Assembly (NCBI RefSeq): GCF_003704095.1
Contig: NW_020843538.1
Location: 1 to 64,000, forward strand
Length of the DNA stretch: 64,000 nucleotides
Direction of reading: 5' to 3'
Source of the DNA: Pocillopora damicornis
Taxonomy: Eukaryota
In this document: piece by piece, positions 49,553 through 61,854 of the stretch
Position numbering within the stretch: the stretch's first letter is position 1
Layout of the letters: each line of letters opens with the position of its first letter
Notes under the pieces: model-generated
Seen by the model: the letters and a program-made list of their open reading frames with translations, nothing else
Database searches by the model: none
Told to the model about the DNA's origin: nothing
Position numbers and translations under genes: made by a program

Positions 49553-50592
49553 AAACTAAGGTAATAACCCGACCGAACTGTTCTCTCTTGATCTTTTAAT
49601 AAGAATAGCTGACAAGCACTGATGATCTAAGACAAAATGAATCTCATGCAGTTTGCTTAGCTCTTCACTATGGACTCGGAAGAATTGATAAATGTAAATG
49701 GTTACGAAACTTTTTCGTTCCACCTTAACTGTAATATACTGTAATATGTGTATTTTCGTGAGGGACGATGTCGAGGCTGTCGCCAAAAAGTGCCCGTGAT
49801 GCTCAGCGCGTGTCTTTTTTTTCTTGTTTTGCTTAACCAGCAACTACTGACAGGTTTTGTTGAGACAAAAGAATGCACGATTTACTGGTAACATGGGATC
49901 GTAACAAGTTGATGTTTAGTAGAGTCGACATCATGCTAACAATAGGCTTGAGGTTCGTCAAATCGTTTAATCGATTTCAGTGATTCACAAAAATAATCCG
50001 CCTATCTCAATGACTGTAACAAATTGTACAACTGGTTCAGTTCGGATTAAAGGAGGCCAAAAACAGCTATTAGTTACACGCAAAATCTATAAAAAAAACT
50101 TACTAACGGAATATTTAGGTACATATTTATAGAAGTTTGCTCATAATTGGCTACTTGTCTTTCAAACAGGGGCAAGGGTTGAAGACACGCTCCGATTGGC
50201 TACTCAGACACCGAGTATCCTTTGCTATTCACCTCCAAGCAACGTGCGCGGGATTTGCGGCCAAAAATGTTGTAGTTATTGCAGGAATAAATGAGTTGTA
50301 ATCATCTTTTTGTGTTATATTATCTCACTATTTAAGTATAATTCTAAAACGACTATTTACCGGCAATGTCAGTGCTCACGGTGGATATTTACCTTGCCGC
50401 TTTACCACTTCCACCTCTGCGAATAGCTGTTAAAAATCTAAGTCTACGTGAATTTGTGCTCAGTTGTAATGATACAAGTCACCGTTTAGTTTGTTTCAAA
50501 CACCATATTTTCAGGTCACTGCGGCCATGAATCCCATTTTTAGTACTCTATATCATTCAAAAGTGAAATGACGTCTTATTTCATCCTTTCAT

Positions 50593-50853
50593 CCTGTGTG
50601 GAAAGCACAGCATTGTGTTGTCGGTGCCAAGAATTCCCTCTGTGATCATTATTCCCTCCATGTGTATGGCATGATCATCGCCTTTTCACAGAACGAGTTC
50701 CTCAAGGGTTTGACTTTCTATTCTATTTTCGTAAACTTCAAGAGGGCCCATTTGTCCTTTAAGTAATGGATGCAACCCGTCTTAAAAACTCTCCTCCATT
50801 CCACGTTTTAAGTAACAAAATGCTTTTTGAATGTCATTATGTTCAGGGTCATT
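50593..50853 (-). pseudogene. fem-1 homolog pseudogene fragment
   Basis: Translates NDPEHNDIQKAFCYLKRGMEESF*DGLHPLLKGQMGPLEVYENRIESQTLEELVL*KGDDHAIHMEGIMITEGILGTDNT, collinear with the intact gene's NEPDVYDIEKAFSYMKRGMEE...RERILGTDNT; two in-frame stops. Confidence 0.85.
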
Positions 50854-51521
50854 TGGAGAGTTTGGTATGTTGGCTATGACATCATCAGTGTCTTTGAATA
50901 ACAAAAGAGGAGAAAGGATAAATGAAGGAATGCAATTGATCTCAAATAAGATTAAGAAGTCAGTGGTACTAAATCATTTAAATTTTGCATCTACTTAAGG
51001 TCAGTCTTAGATCTAAGTGTATTGTTAACGAGACCTGTTGCTGTGGATTTCGTAGCTTCAGTTTGTGAACTTTCACTCCCGATCTCGAATTACAGACGAT
51101 TTAGAATTGATCACGCTTTGCAATCTTTCTCTCTTTACGAGGGAGTTCCACCACAATAGCAAACAAACGTCAAATTCAATTTGGAAGAACAGTTCAAGGC
51201 AAGTCGATTAATAACAAAAGAAAATATCGCTGTTTCTGATTTGAGGAAAATACGTCACTTAAAAAAACAGTACCTCTGACAGAGGACGCTATGTGCTCTA
51301 AATAAATTTGCTAACTTAACAAAAACATATATAAAAATATGTTGATGTGACAGTTGCTCTTCCAAGTGTCTACGAGACGGCTGTGCAAAGCTTTGCCCTT
51401 ACTATTACTTATGCAGTAGTACAAGCGCTATTCTCATCATGAATACCTGTCTCTGGACAATGGGTCAAGGCATATGAATACCTATGTGAGCAAGGAAGAA
51501 GTTCCTCGATCATTGTTTCTT

Positions 51522-53198
51522 TCAGTGGGAAATAATTAAGTTTTCAACATCTTTAGGAATTAAGCCAACATGTGACAAGCCAAATTTTCGCACAGCTTTG
51601 GCGGCGATACATTTTAAATTTAACTCTATCTGTTTCAGCCACATCCATGGCTGTTTTCCTATTTTTGTTAACCATATCTGCATAAGCTCCTCCATTCAAC
51701 AGGGCCTCCAAAACCGCTCGTAACACACGCAGGCCATCAGGGCTGGGTCTATAACTCGTTGCTAAGTGCAGAGGGGTATTTGTTTCGTCATTCACATCAT
51801 TGACAAGTCCGCCAGAATCGATGATAAGCTTCACGGTCTTAACACATGATAAACTGCATACTCTTCGCAATCTTCCTTGGAAGTCGTCACATATTTGGGT
51901 CTTGTACCATGCAGCCAAGTGAAAAAGGGTATTGCCATCGCAAGTCTGATAGTCACTCTATTAAATATATAATTTTCGTGTTTTTTCTCTTCACTGGAAG
52001 GTGGACTTCGACAAATATCAATAAAATATAAAGCGCATAGTGTAGTATGAGCTCTTGTTCTTCGTTTTGTTTTCTATGTTAATTTGAGAACTCCTATTTT
52101 TCCTTTAGTCTTTCACTTGCGGTAACCAGTTTTTTGAAGATTACCTCCATACATTGCAAGCTTGAGTTTCGAGCTTTGTGCGCCATTTCTCCGAATACGT
52201 TTACAAAACGTTCAAGGTCTTTTGTAATCGAATCATCGCACAACATAGCCATTTCCATCGCTCGTGTCCACAAACCAATGCAGACGTCATACTTCCCATG
52301 ATCGGCGAAAAAAGCCTCACGGTATTTTAAAAGATAGCAAAGTTCCTTGGTGCCATTTTCAAGGATTCTCTCTCTCATTATAAGCCCCTCCATTTGTATA
52401 GCATGTCCATTATCATTTAACAGAGCAAGTTCTTTAGGGGTTCGACTCTCTTTTCTATTCTCGTAAGCTAGTAAGAGTTCCATTTCCCTTTTTAGCAAAG
52501 GGAATGAAATATCTCGAAATCTTTCATTCATTCAACATTTTATGTACCAGAATGCCTTATTAGTGTCTTTAGTATCAAGGTCATTGGCAACGGCGGCATC
52601 AAGAAGTTCAAGAGCATTATATCTTTCTTCCTTTGAACACTTCAGTCGGTTGATAAAATACTAAACCAATTCGATTTTACAATGATTTCTTCCCGTTAGA
52701 CGTGGTTATTTTGAGGCTGCAACCCCTTATGACTTAGGAATTTATCGAAAATTGCAGTGTAACCCCATCTCGTGGCCGAGTGAAGGGCTGTATAGTCGTC
52801 CTTGTCTTGGAAATTCACATTTGCGCCGTGCTTGAGAAAACATTCCACGAAATCATGTGTTATCATCATTCTTCCTTGCGTTAACATCTGCTCCCTTCTC
52901 AACCAAATAATTTATAATGTCAATCCGTCCATCACACACGGCACCCCTTAAAGGAGTCGAACCGGTTCCTACCCTTCCGATGTTTGCTTTTTAGGTTAAA
53001 AGTGTTTTTTACAAAATCTTGGTTCCCTCTTAGGGCAGCAATGATTAAAGGAGTTGTGTTTTGGTCGCTTTCCTTGTGATTTGTTTGCAGTGCGATTTTT
53101 CTTTCATGTGTTCAGCCGCCGTAGAGGATCAGGGAGATCACTTCTTCCGTCGCGAGCAACTTCATAAACTTTATTCACCCGATCTGCAGATACTCCAT
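51522..53198 (-). pseudogene. Near full-length fem-1 homolog pseudogene (frameshifts, stops, deletions)
   Basis: Broken ORFs 52696-52902, 52094-52531 and 51553-51918 match successive parts of the intact fem-1 (HAIQMEGLIMRERIL; TPLHLATSY..KTAMDVA); a KVYEVARDG-like N-terminus sits near 53140-53175. Confidence 0.88.
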
Positions 53199-54982
53199 TC
53201 ACCATTTGATGAGAGACCTACGGTACCTCTAGTTTTCAAAAAGCTTTTGGAGAGACTGATTTATTTTGGTAATATATGCAAATGATTAGAAATATTATTT
53301 TTGTTTTAGGTCATAGCCTTGTTCCAACTCCTGTTATAAATTCTTTTCTTCACGGCGGAGAATAATTGGTATTAATTCAAACTGAATTTTTTTTAAAATT
53401 TCGTTTTCCATTCTTCATTTTCTGGGTTCTTTATGTTTCTATCAGAGACCTCTTTGCATCATCGTTCCGTTTTGGTGGCTCTCAACGGGGTTAACCTTTA
53501 CACAAGTGTATTTGGGCTTGGCTACCTAATTAAATATGCATAGTTTGTAAAATGCTTTTTTAATTGGTTTGATGCTCTCAACGATACGTCAAAGTGATTT
53601 ATAGATTTTTCTCCGTAGAAAAGATGGGTTCCTCGTGATTTCAAATATGTGACATTGCTTTTTCAGTGACGTCACAAAACACGTTTTCTCAAACGGGGTA
53701 AATTTGTAAACCTTAACCCCACAGTTTTCTTTAGACTTGTATGCTACAAAGACTGTGAAAATGATTCTCCCGCCTTTTAAGGTTGAAAATTCTACTTCTG
53801 CCATTAGGGATTTAACAAATTCCAAAGTCACGTGACCTCTTTCCTTTTATTTTCCGATTTGCATATGACCTATACATTCTTAAAAGGCAGCCTTCAAAAA
53901 TATCCTTGAAAGCCTTTGAAAAATATCAAAAAGAAAACGTTGCTTTTTTTGTTTTCCTTACCCCATTTAAGATTGAATGTTTTGATGGGTAATTTCGCTA
54001 ATTAGAGGTCCGTGACCCGATAGTACCTCTTATTGTTAATGTCGTTATTTGTACCAGTAGTGCAGGTTTTAGGCGTATTGACAGGGCCGTAGCCAGACTT
54101 TAGAACAAGACGAGGCAAGTTTCGAGCGCCGAAGGCCGAAGGCACTAATTCCGTGGAATTTTTCTTCAGAAAAGTCAATCTTGGGCCAAAATCAAGACGA
54201 GGCAATTGCCTTTTCTAATATTATGCATATTTACTTAGCTAACCAAGCGTTAACACACTTGAGTGGCAGTCAAAAAGGCCAAAATATTTAGCCGGAAGGC
54301 GTTAAGAAATGAAAACTTTTAACTGTTAGTCGTAAACAAATTTAACCGCAAAAAGCACGTGGGATGAGTTGACAGAAAGCTTACTATTTTTATGGATCTT
54401 CAGTTTCTTCATTGAGTGTGACTGTTCTGAAAGATCTCTTTCCGTTTTGTGCGGGTGTCACTATTTGTTATGTTACATAAGAGTCTTGCAGCGACAATCG
54501 TAATCACTGTAATGTGTCATACGCATGCGTCATTTCTGGGAAATTAGAAAGTCGATATGTCAATCTCCAGTGGAGTGTTTGCTGCTTTGGTATATTTTGT
54601 TCTTGGCTGGGGAGGGGTGGGGGCTGGCTTCATTTGTTAGTGAAGAGAAAAGACTTTTTCGGCAATCAAAACAATGATAACGATCATTCCACTATTTTTC
54701 TTTCTCTCAAATCCGTTACTATCAATTGTTATACAAGTGATCATGCAAGCGGCAAGAGAGTACTGTCCAGATTGTAAAATTTGTTGTGAGTTAATGGATG
54801 ATGAACGGACTGGAGGTAAAAATCTCCTATATTGCTCAAATGCTGCACTTTGATTAGCCTTGCCATTCGCTATCTATTACGTTTTATTAGGTAAATTATA
54901 CACCGATATCATTAATTCTTTCTTATTTCTAATGGTGGACAGACGATTTTAAGACGTCACCATCAGCAACATTTTGCTTTAA

Positions 54983-55226
54983 AGAAAGATGCTTTTCGTC
55001 TCGTCACGAGCGTGGGACAAAGAAAAAATTCTGAGTCTCCATGAGGAATGGAACCTCAGACCCTCGGATTCCGCGCTCTGATGCTCTACCACTGAGCCAT
55101 AAAGACTCCACAATGAGCGAGGTTTATTACGAAGTTTATTTGACACGCATCCTGCATACTGCTAGGATCAGCAGTGTCGATAGCGTAATGTTTGTAGATG
55201 GAATAATAGGAGAGATGGTAAGTTTT
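54983..55226 (-). repeat. Second copy of the tRNA-like ~260-bp unit, in a different circular permutation
   Basis: Same blocks as 46919-47240 but starting at aaagatgcttttcgtc; cloverleaf-like part at 55033-55108. Confidence 0.75.
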
Positions 55227-55690
55227 AAAAAAAAAAACTTCGTCGTGGGTCTGTTCCCTAGTAGATCGCACGATGCGGTAAGTGTGGTGAGAACATCAGT
55301 GACACACTCAGTTGCGCCTTCGCGCAGAAAAAAAGCGCAATGTCTGATTGTCAAGAGGGTGCTGTAGATGTCGGCTAAACCTCGCTTTCGGTTTAAGCAT
55401 CTCTTGGCTTCCGGTTGATGGAAGTGGCCGTTTAGGACTGAACACCAATAGAAAGGAAAATGGCGGAGGGGTGCCTTTCCTTTGTCTCATCACAACATGG
55501 CAAAATATCGACGAGATCAAGTCATTTCTAAAGATATCCTGAAGTATTTATTCTTCTAACAGACGAATTGATGCTTTTTAAAGAGGTTTTAATGCTCCTT
55601 CCACAAAGTGAAATCTGTCTGTGAATTCCTTTCGCTTTTCCTTCGAGGTGGCAGGAAGTTTCTCATGTTTGTTGTGTGCCAAGTTTTCGA

Positions 55691-57622
55691 ATGATTATGT
55701 CGACAGTGGATGGTCAGTCGTGGCGGGAATTGCTCAACCCAAAACCAAAGGTGTACGAAGCGGCTCGAGATGGCGCTGTTATTCTACTCAGTGACATACT
55801 TCAGCGGATGAACCTTACCGAGAGAAGCAGCGCTTTGGAGACTAAAACTAAAGATGGCGACCAAATTACCACCCCACTGATCATTGCCGCACGTAATGGC
55901 AACCTGGACTCAGTGAAGATGCTGTTAAGGTACAAAGCAGTCATCGAGGCTCGAGGAACTGTCAAGGTTGATGACCAGGTGATTGAAGGATGCACTCCTT
56001 TGTGGGCCGCGGCGGCTACTGGACATCTCGACGTGGTGGAACTGTTAATCGATCGAAGTGCGGACGTCGATGGAAGAACACTGACAAATTCGACTCCATT
56101 AAGAGCTGCTGCCTATGATGGGCGGCTTGATATTGTGAGCTGTTTGGTTGAGAACGGCGCCGATGTTAACGCCCGCAATAATTTTGAGAATACCCCTCTC
56201 ATGGTGGCGTGCTACAATGGCCACATGAGTGTTGTTACTTATCTCATCAAGAAAGGAGCTGATATGGACCTACAAGACAAACAGGGTAACACTGTTCTTC
56301 ATTATGCGGTGGAAAGGGGCCACTTTGAGATTGCCAACGAGCTATTAGCTCTTGGAGTATCACAACTGGCCAATATTCAGCGTTTGACACCACTTCTGCT
56401 AGCCAGTAATGACTGTAAAATTGAAATGGTGGAGTACTTTATAGAGAGACCTGAATGCACCAAGGAGCAAAGAATTGAAGGGTTGGAGCTTCTAGGAGCC
56501 ACTATCGCAAATGAGCCTGATGTTTATGACATTGAAAAAGCATTCAGTTACATGAAACGTGGAATGGAAGAGAGGTATGAAGACCCATCACAACTGTTGC
56601 TTAAAAAGAAAATGGAACCACTTGAAGTTTACCAGAAGAAAAAAGAGAGTCAAACTCTTGGAGAACTTGCGCTATTAGAGGGTGATGATCATGCCGTCCA
56701 CATGGAGGGACTAATTATTAGAGAGAGAATCCTTGGTACTGACAACACAGAACTTCGCTTTCCAATTAGATACCGTGGAGCTGTTTTTGCTGATTCTGGA
56801 AATTTTGATCTTTGCATTGGTTTGTGGGGACATGCCATGGAGATTGGCCAGCGCTGTAATCAACCAATCACAGATGATCTCAAGATATTTGCTGACTTCT
56901 TTTGCCACATGGTGCAAAGAAATTGCCTTCCAAAGCAAAAGTACATTGAAGAGGTCTTTGAAAGAGCAATCTGTGAATATAAAAGACTCACTGAAAAAAT
57001 GCAGTCCAAAAATCTTAAAGGGGAACACGAAACTAAAGTGCTCAAAGAGGAACTTGAAAATGTAGTTTATCGTGCTCTGTATCTTCTCACAATCTTTGCC
57101 AAAGTTCAGGATTCAAGTAAAACTGAAAATTCAGCTCTGTTTGATCTCATCGAAAGGTTTCTGCGATTGAATCCTAGGACTCTTGAAGGTAATACAATGT
57201 TGCATTTAGCTGCATGGTCGAAGACTCCTACAGAGGAGCATTATGTGCGAGATGTGTGCAAATTTCCTTGCATTGCAACCATGAAACTCATCATGAATGC
57301 TGGTGGATATGTAAATTCTGTCAACAACAGAGGAAACACTCCTCTTCATTTGGCAGTGACTTATAAACCCAGCACTGGAGGTCTACAAGTGTTGCGAGAT
57401 GTAGTGGAAACCCTGTTGGATGGTGGAGTTCATGAAGACCTTGTTAACAGTGATGGCAAAACTGCCATGGATGTAGCTGGAACAGATGAGGCTCGCAGAA
57501 TTCTTTCTGCTAAGAGCAGACTGGAGTTGAAATGCATTGCTGCCAGAGCTGTGCGTAAATTTGGATTATCTTATTTTGGTGTGGTTCCTAAGACTGTTGA
57601 AAAATTCATTAGTTTACACTAA
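55691..57622 (+). CDS. fem1: Protein fem-1 homolog (FEM1A/C-like CRL2 substrate receptor), single coding exon
   Basis: N-terminal ankyrin array (TTPLIIAARNG, IEGCTPLWAAAATGHL, TNSTPLRAAAYDGRL), TPR-like middle (LELLGAT..RERILG..IRYRGAVFADSG), C-terminal ankyrins and box motif LELKCIAARAV. First ATG at 55691. Confidence 0.93.
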   Translation: MIMSTVDGQSWRELLNPKPKVYEAARDGAVILLSDILQRMNLTERSSALETKTKDGDQITTPLIIAARNGNLDSVKMLLRYKAVIEARGTVKVDDQVIEGCTPLWAAAATGHLDVVELLIDRSADVDGRTLTNSTPLRAAAYDGRLDIVSCLVENGADVNARNNFENTPLMVACYNGHMSVVTYLIKKGADMDLQDKQGNTVLHYAVERGHFEIANELLALGVSQLANIQRLTPLLLASNDCKIEMVEYFIERPECTKEQRIEGLELLGATIANEPDVYDIEKAFSYMKRGMEERYEDPSQLLLKKKMEPLEVYQKKKESQTLGELALLEGDDHAVHMEGLIIRERILGTDNTELRFPIRYRGAVFADSGNFDLCIGLWGHAMEIGQRCNQPITDDLKIFADFFCHMVQRNCLPKQKYIEEVFERAICEYKRLTEKMQSKNLKGEHETKVLKEELENVVYRALYLLTIFAKVQDSSKTENSALFDLIERFLRLNPRTLEGNTMLHLAAWSKTPTEEHYVRDVCKFPCIATMKLIMNAGGYVNSVNNRGNTPLHLAVTYKPSTGGLQVLRDVVETLLDGGVHEDLVNSDGKTAMDVAGTDEARRILSAKSRLELKCIAARAVRKFGLSYFGVVPKTVEKFISLH

Positions 57623-57636
57623 GGGATTGACCTTTA

Positions 57637-57848
57637 TTAACTCTTTAACTCCCAAGATCTCATTAGTAATTCTCCTTACTGTCTGCCAAACAATTCTCAT
57701 TATGTTAGTTTGGAGAATTTGGCATTGGATTACTTAGTAATCCTATAATTGATATTTTTCTTTATTCTCATCACTTGTCTGCATGGTATTGTATAGATAT
57801 AGTAAGGAGAAATTCTGTTTTGGTCACTCAAGGGAGTTCAAGGGTTAA
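57637..57848. mobile_element. piggyBac-type (TTAA) MITE directly after the fem-1 stop codon
   Basis: TTAActctttaactccc ... gggagttcaagggTTAA; close in sequence to 62646-62857. Confidence 0.8.
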
Positions 57849-58650
57849 TAAAAGATATGTAGGAAGACAAGCTGATGCAATTTAAATTGCAAAAATTTGA
57901 GGAATCCTCACCGTTTTGGTGAAAGATGAGAAAAAAATCCAACATAAGTTACAAAACATGCTCTACAAAAATACAGTGCTTATATTCAAGTGAAACAACC
58001 TGCTCAAATATTTGTTATAAAATGGGAATTTTCAGCTTCCACTCTAAACCATTTAATAATGCCTTTAAGAAGTAAAAGAAAACTTTTTATGCACAGGACA
58101 CCTTTCACTTGAATTTAGATTAAATTGCTCTTCCATTTAAATAAAAGTATGGATGTAAGAATCTGTATTATCAATGTCAACATAGATTTTTTTTATGGGA
58201 AACTTTTCAGTAGCAGTGTCACCTCAGATCTTTAATGGAACAACATTTGGAATTTTTTTCCCTTTTTGTGTAAATAAAATAGTTAAATAATTAGAGATAG
58301 ATAAGAATGTATTATTTTTGCAATACCAATTTCAACATGAATAACAACTATTCTTTTTGTTGATAATAATATTACCTGCTCTCTTAACATCAGATCATCA
58401 TCTGGGGACTTTGTGTCACCTATCTATGATGGTTAACACTGAATGCAAGACATGACTTGTGAGTAATCTATCTCTTGTTTGAAGGGAACTGACTTTCAAG
58501 AGAAGGCATATAGGCCTAGTTTAGTTCAAATCATTAGTAATGATTACTCTTGCCAGAATATTTATCGAGATGTAATACCCAGTTGTTCCCAGAAAAATTT
58601 TGCAATACTACACAGCATGTTGAGTTGCATGTACTGAAGTATAATAATAT

Positions 58651-58855
58651 TTAACCCTTTCACTTCCTGTAAAAGCTGAAAAAGAATTTCTCCACACAAT
58701 GTGGAAACATTTTCAAGGCAGTGAGAGGAAAAGAAAAATACAATTTAGGGTGTACTGGTCTATTCAACTCCAAATTTGTGGAGTATAAGATAAAAGAAAT
58801 GCATAGCAAAAAGTATAGAGAATTGATGTTTTGATATTGGGAGTGGAAGGGTTGA
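58651..58855. mobile_element. Diverged piggyBac-type MITE
   Basis: ttaaccctttcacttcc ... gggagtggaagggttga. Confidence 0.6.
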
Positions 58856-60669
58856 TATCTTAGAAAATGGATGTTAAGTGAGTTCTGATTGGTCGGGAAC
58901 CTTCATGAATATATTAATTCTACATGCATGATTTCTTGTAAATTTAGATAGACACCAATGCTTACAAGGATTCTTTGGAATCAATTTAAACTTTAAAAGC
59001 AATAAACTGCCAGTTTGATTTGTTTACTGACTGAATTTTGCTTCAATAAGCTATGATGTTCTTCAATGCCATCTTTGGAACTGTAGATCTCTTTTGTAAC
59101 TGGTGGGTGTAATTGTTATTCTTTGACAATTGAAAAAATTCCCATTTCTGGCCTTGGAATCAATTAAAAACAATTGAATTGTCACTTAAGTGCTAATCTG
59201 CATACATGCGTTTAATAATGATCATGCCTGCTATTTTGAAAGGGGTCTATACATGCTATTTACAATCATCGTTCTGGTTAGTTAATTAGCAAATGGACTG
59301 TATAATTTTTTGGGAAATATGTTTATTTAAAATTTCAGTGCTATGTGTTTTTCCTTCATTTCAATGCATCATTTGCTATAAGGGTGTTCTGAGTTCAAAT
59401 TTCTTTGAGATGTACAGGTACAGTGTTGCCAGAAACATATTTGAGGCCTCAGCAAAACTCAGGGAAAGTCATATTAACTAGATGACTATCAACTTTGCAA
59501 CCACAGTTTTCTGAAAATGTGACAATCTAACTAACTCCTCTCATGGGAATAAAGATGGGAAAGTACAATTTACCCAGTGATACATAATATTTGATGCAAA
59601 ATGTTCTATACCATAATCAGTATGTTCTATACCATAATCAGTATGTAATATGAAACACTACAGCTTGCCAAAATGATCACCAAGATTGAGACTTTAGCTG
59701 CAAATCTAGATGCGAAAAAGCTTTTCCTGACAACCATGGCAACAAAAAAATGGTCAAAGCCAGGAGTGCAGAAAATAACACTTAATTTAAGGATTATGTG
59801 GAAAGATGTTAATGAAGAAAATGGAAAAAAGGGCAAAGTAGTATTTTCAAATGACTTTATTTCGATCCTGAATTCAAACCTTTTAAAACAAGATCTCAAG
59901 AAAATGTATTAGTTATTAAATATCAAACATAAGGTTAGTGCTTGTTACCATGTTTTGACCAGTAGACAAAAAATACTTCCCCCACCTCCCCTTTTGGTAA
60001 GCTACCAAATGACTGTATTCTCCGGTTGAAAGCAAAAAAAGATACAAAATGTCAAAATTTATGCTAATGAACTTATTTTAATCTCAGAAGAATTCCAGTC
60101 TAGCTAAGCACTGCTCTTGGACATTGTGTCTAATTAACTTAGTTTCTGCTCCCTCTTATTGCCTAAATTGAATGAAAAAAAAATGCTGATTGAAGGTACA
60201 GAAGAACCCAGCTAACTCAAATTCCCCAGTAACTTGAACAAGATCCAATTTCCTTTGACCCCAATCTTTCAGACCGCTTACTCCAACCACTTTTTGTTTC
60301 CTCGAGGAGTTCAATTTAGTGTGGTTCTTCTGTGATTTTGATAAACTCTAGCACTGCCCCTGTGGTTAACCTTTATGTGGAGAGCATTAAAGGCACTTTT
60401 TGATTGGGTTTCATAAAACCAAAGCTAAAATAGACCAATCTGAAGACAAGGAGAACTTAGATTAATATTGAAGTTAGATTTATATTGAATTAATAAAGTG
60501 TAAACAGCTTTAAGGGAAAGAACATGAATGAGAATATAAATATTGGTTTCATTTTTGTATCTAGTTGGTTGAGAGGCAGGCAAAAGTAAAACTGCTGCGT
60601 GCCTATGATTTTGTCATCCAGTCACAACCTCCATTCACTACTTGGACTCAGTGCAACTAGATCACTGTT

Positions 60670-61702
60670 TTAACTAGCAGTTGGCTTCTTGCGAATCAGT
60701 CTTTCCCACCAACTTTGCTGTTTTGATTTCTTCTGAAAATCTGGAGGAGAGAAAATAGGTTATGTAGTGTAAACAAACAGTTTTGGAAATGGTGAGGGTT
60801 TCAGTTAAAATTGCATTTATTTACATCTTTCACTCCTCAGAGAGAGACTAACATTTAATTTCTCCTTACAGTATCATATGCTGAGTAAACCTTCACTTTA
60901 TTTACACAGTGTAAGACACAAAGTAATACCTGATGAAAGATAATATGAGGCAGCCTCCTTACAATCCTGTACATTGTTTGTAGTAAATGCTGTTTCTTTT
61001 TGACGGGGGTACTGTGAAGTAGAAATTAATTTGCCAAGCAATAATTAAAAAAAAAACTTATACAAACTTCAGAATGATCAAAATTTATCATCTCTAAAGG
61101 GTAACGTCGACCATAAATTACGTAATTTAGACCATGATCAGCTTTAAACTAACCTTATTTCTGTAGTAGTTTGAACTAATCTTTAAGAGACTGTCCAGCA
61201 TCTTTTCAGCCTCTTTTGGCTGAAAGGATAAATTTCAGCATTAGATACTCTAAATACAACCATCAAAGAATAAAAATTTACCGTTTACAAAATAAAAAAG
61301 GCCATAAATGACGTTAGGAAGACAGTACTTACTTTGATTCAAGCTTATATTCACATAAAACGAAAAGCTAAGGAGTTTATTTTGACAAATCTGCATCTAT
61401 TTAATGAACCATTGAGGAGATCGCGTGGTTACGCTCTTTTAATCATTATATCTAACGCGCCCCAGTGCAGTTCAGTTGCAGGTTACGTAAGACAACAGCA
61501 AGACACCCGGGCCAGATTGATCAATGAAACAAGAAATCTAAGAGCTTACGTCTATCTGGGAATTCTTTATACGAGGTACAAGATTCCCTTTCAGATGTTC
61601 TCCGAGATCCCTTCCTAACCGATTCTGGTCGACTGGCCATTGCTCGCAAACTTGCAGAAACCTCTTATAAAGTTTAGGTGCGAGCGCTTGCCTTGACGCC
61701 AT
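60670..61702 (-). CDS. UQCC2: Ubiquinol-cytochrome c reductase complex assembly factor 2 (~123 aa), absent from the ORF track
   Basis: Exons 61702-61550 (MASRQALAPKLYKRFLQVCEQWPVDQNRLGRDLGEHLK...), 61219-61154 (PKEAEKMLDSLLKISSNYYRNK), 61011-60930 (YPRQKETAF...), 60740-60670 (DFQKKSKQQSWWERLIRKKPTAS*). Matches recalled UQCC2 motifs YRRFLKLCEEWPVD..GRDLG and SNYY.KYPR. Confidence 0.9.
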
Positions 61703-61854
61703 GTTGAATTTATGCGTACATCCGCTGATAGAAGGCTCACGTTGCGTGGTTGCTCGGACTAGCCGGATTAACGCGATGAAAATACACGATAACTTTGAAA
61801 TTTGATGTTTTAAACATTTATGTTGCTTTTTATTGATGTGATCATTTCTGACTG
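61703..61854. promoter_or_regulatory. Putative compact bidirectional promoter shared by UQCC2 and MTMR9
   Basis: Only 152 bp separate the two divergent start codons; locally CpG-containing. Confidence 0.6.

Noticed and set aside
59673-59912. 79-aa Lys-rich ORF between fem-1 and UQCC2
   Set aside because: No recognisable motif or supporting splice structure; the adjacent 21-bp tandem duplication near 59600-59645 looks incidental.
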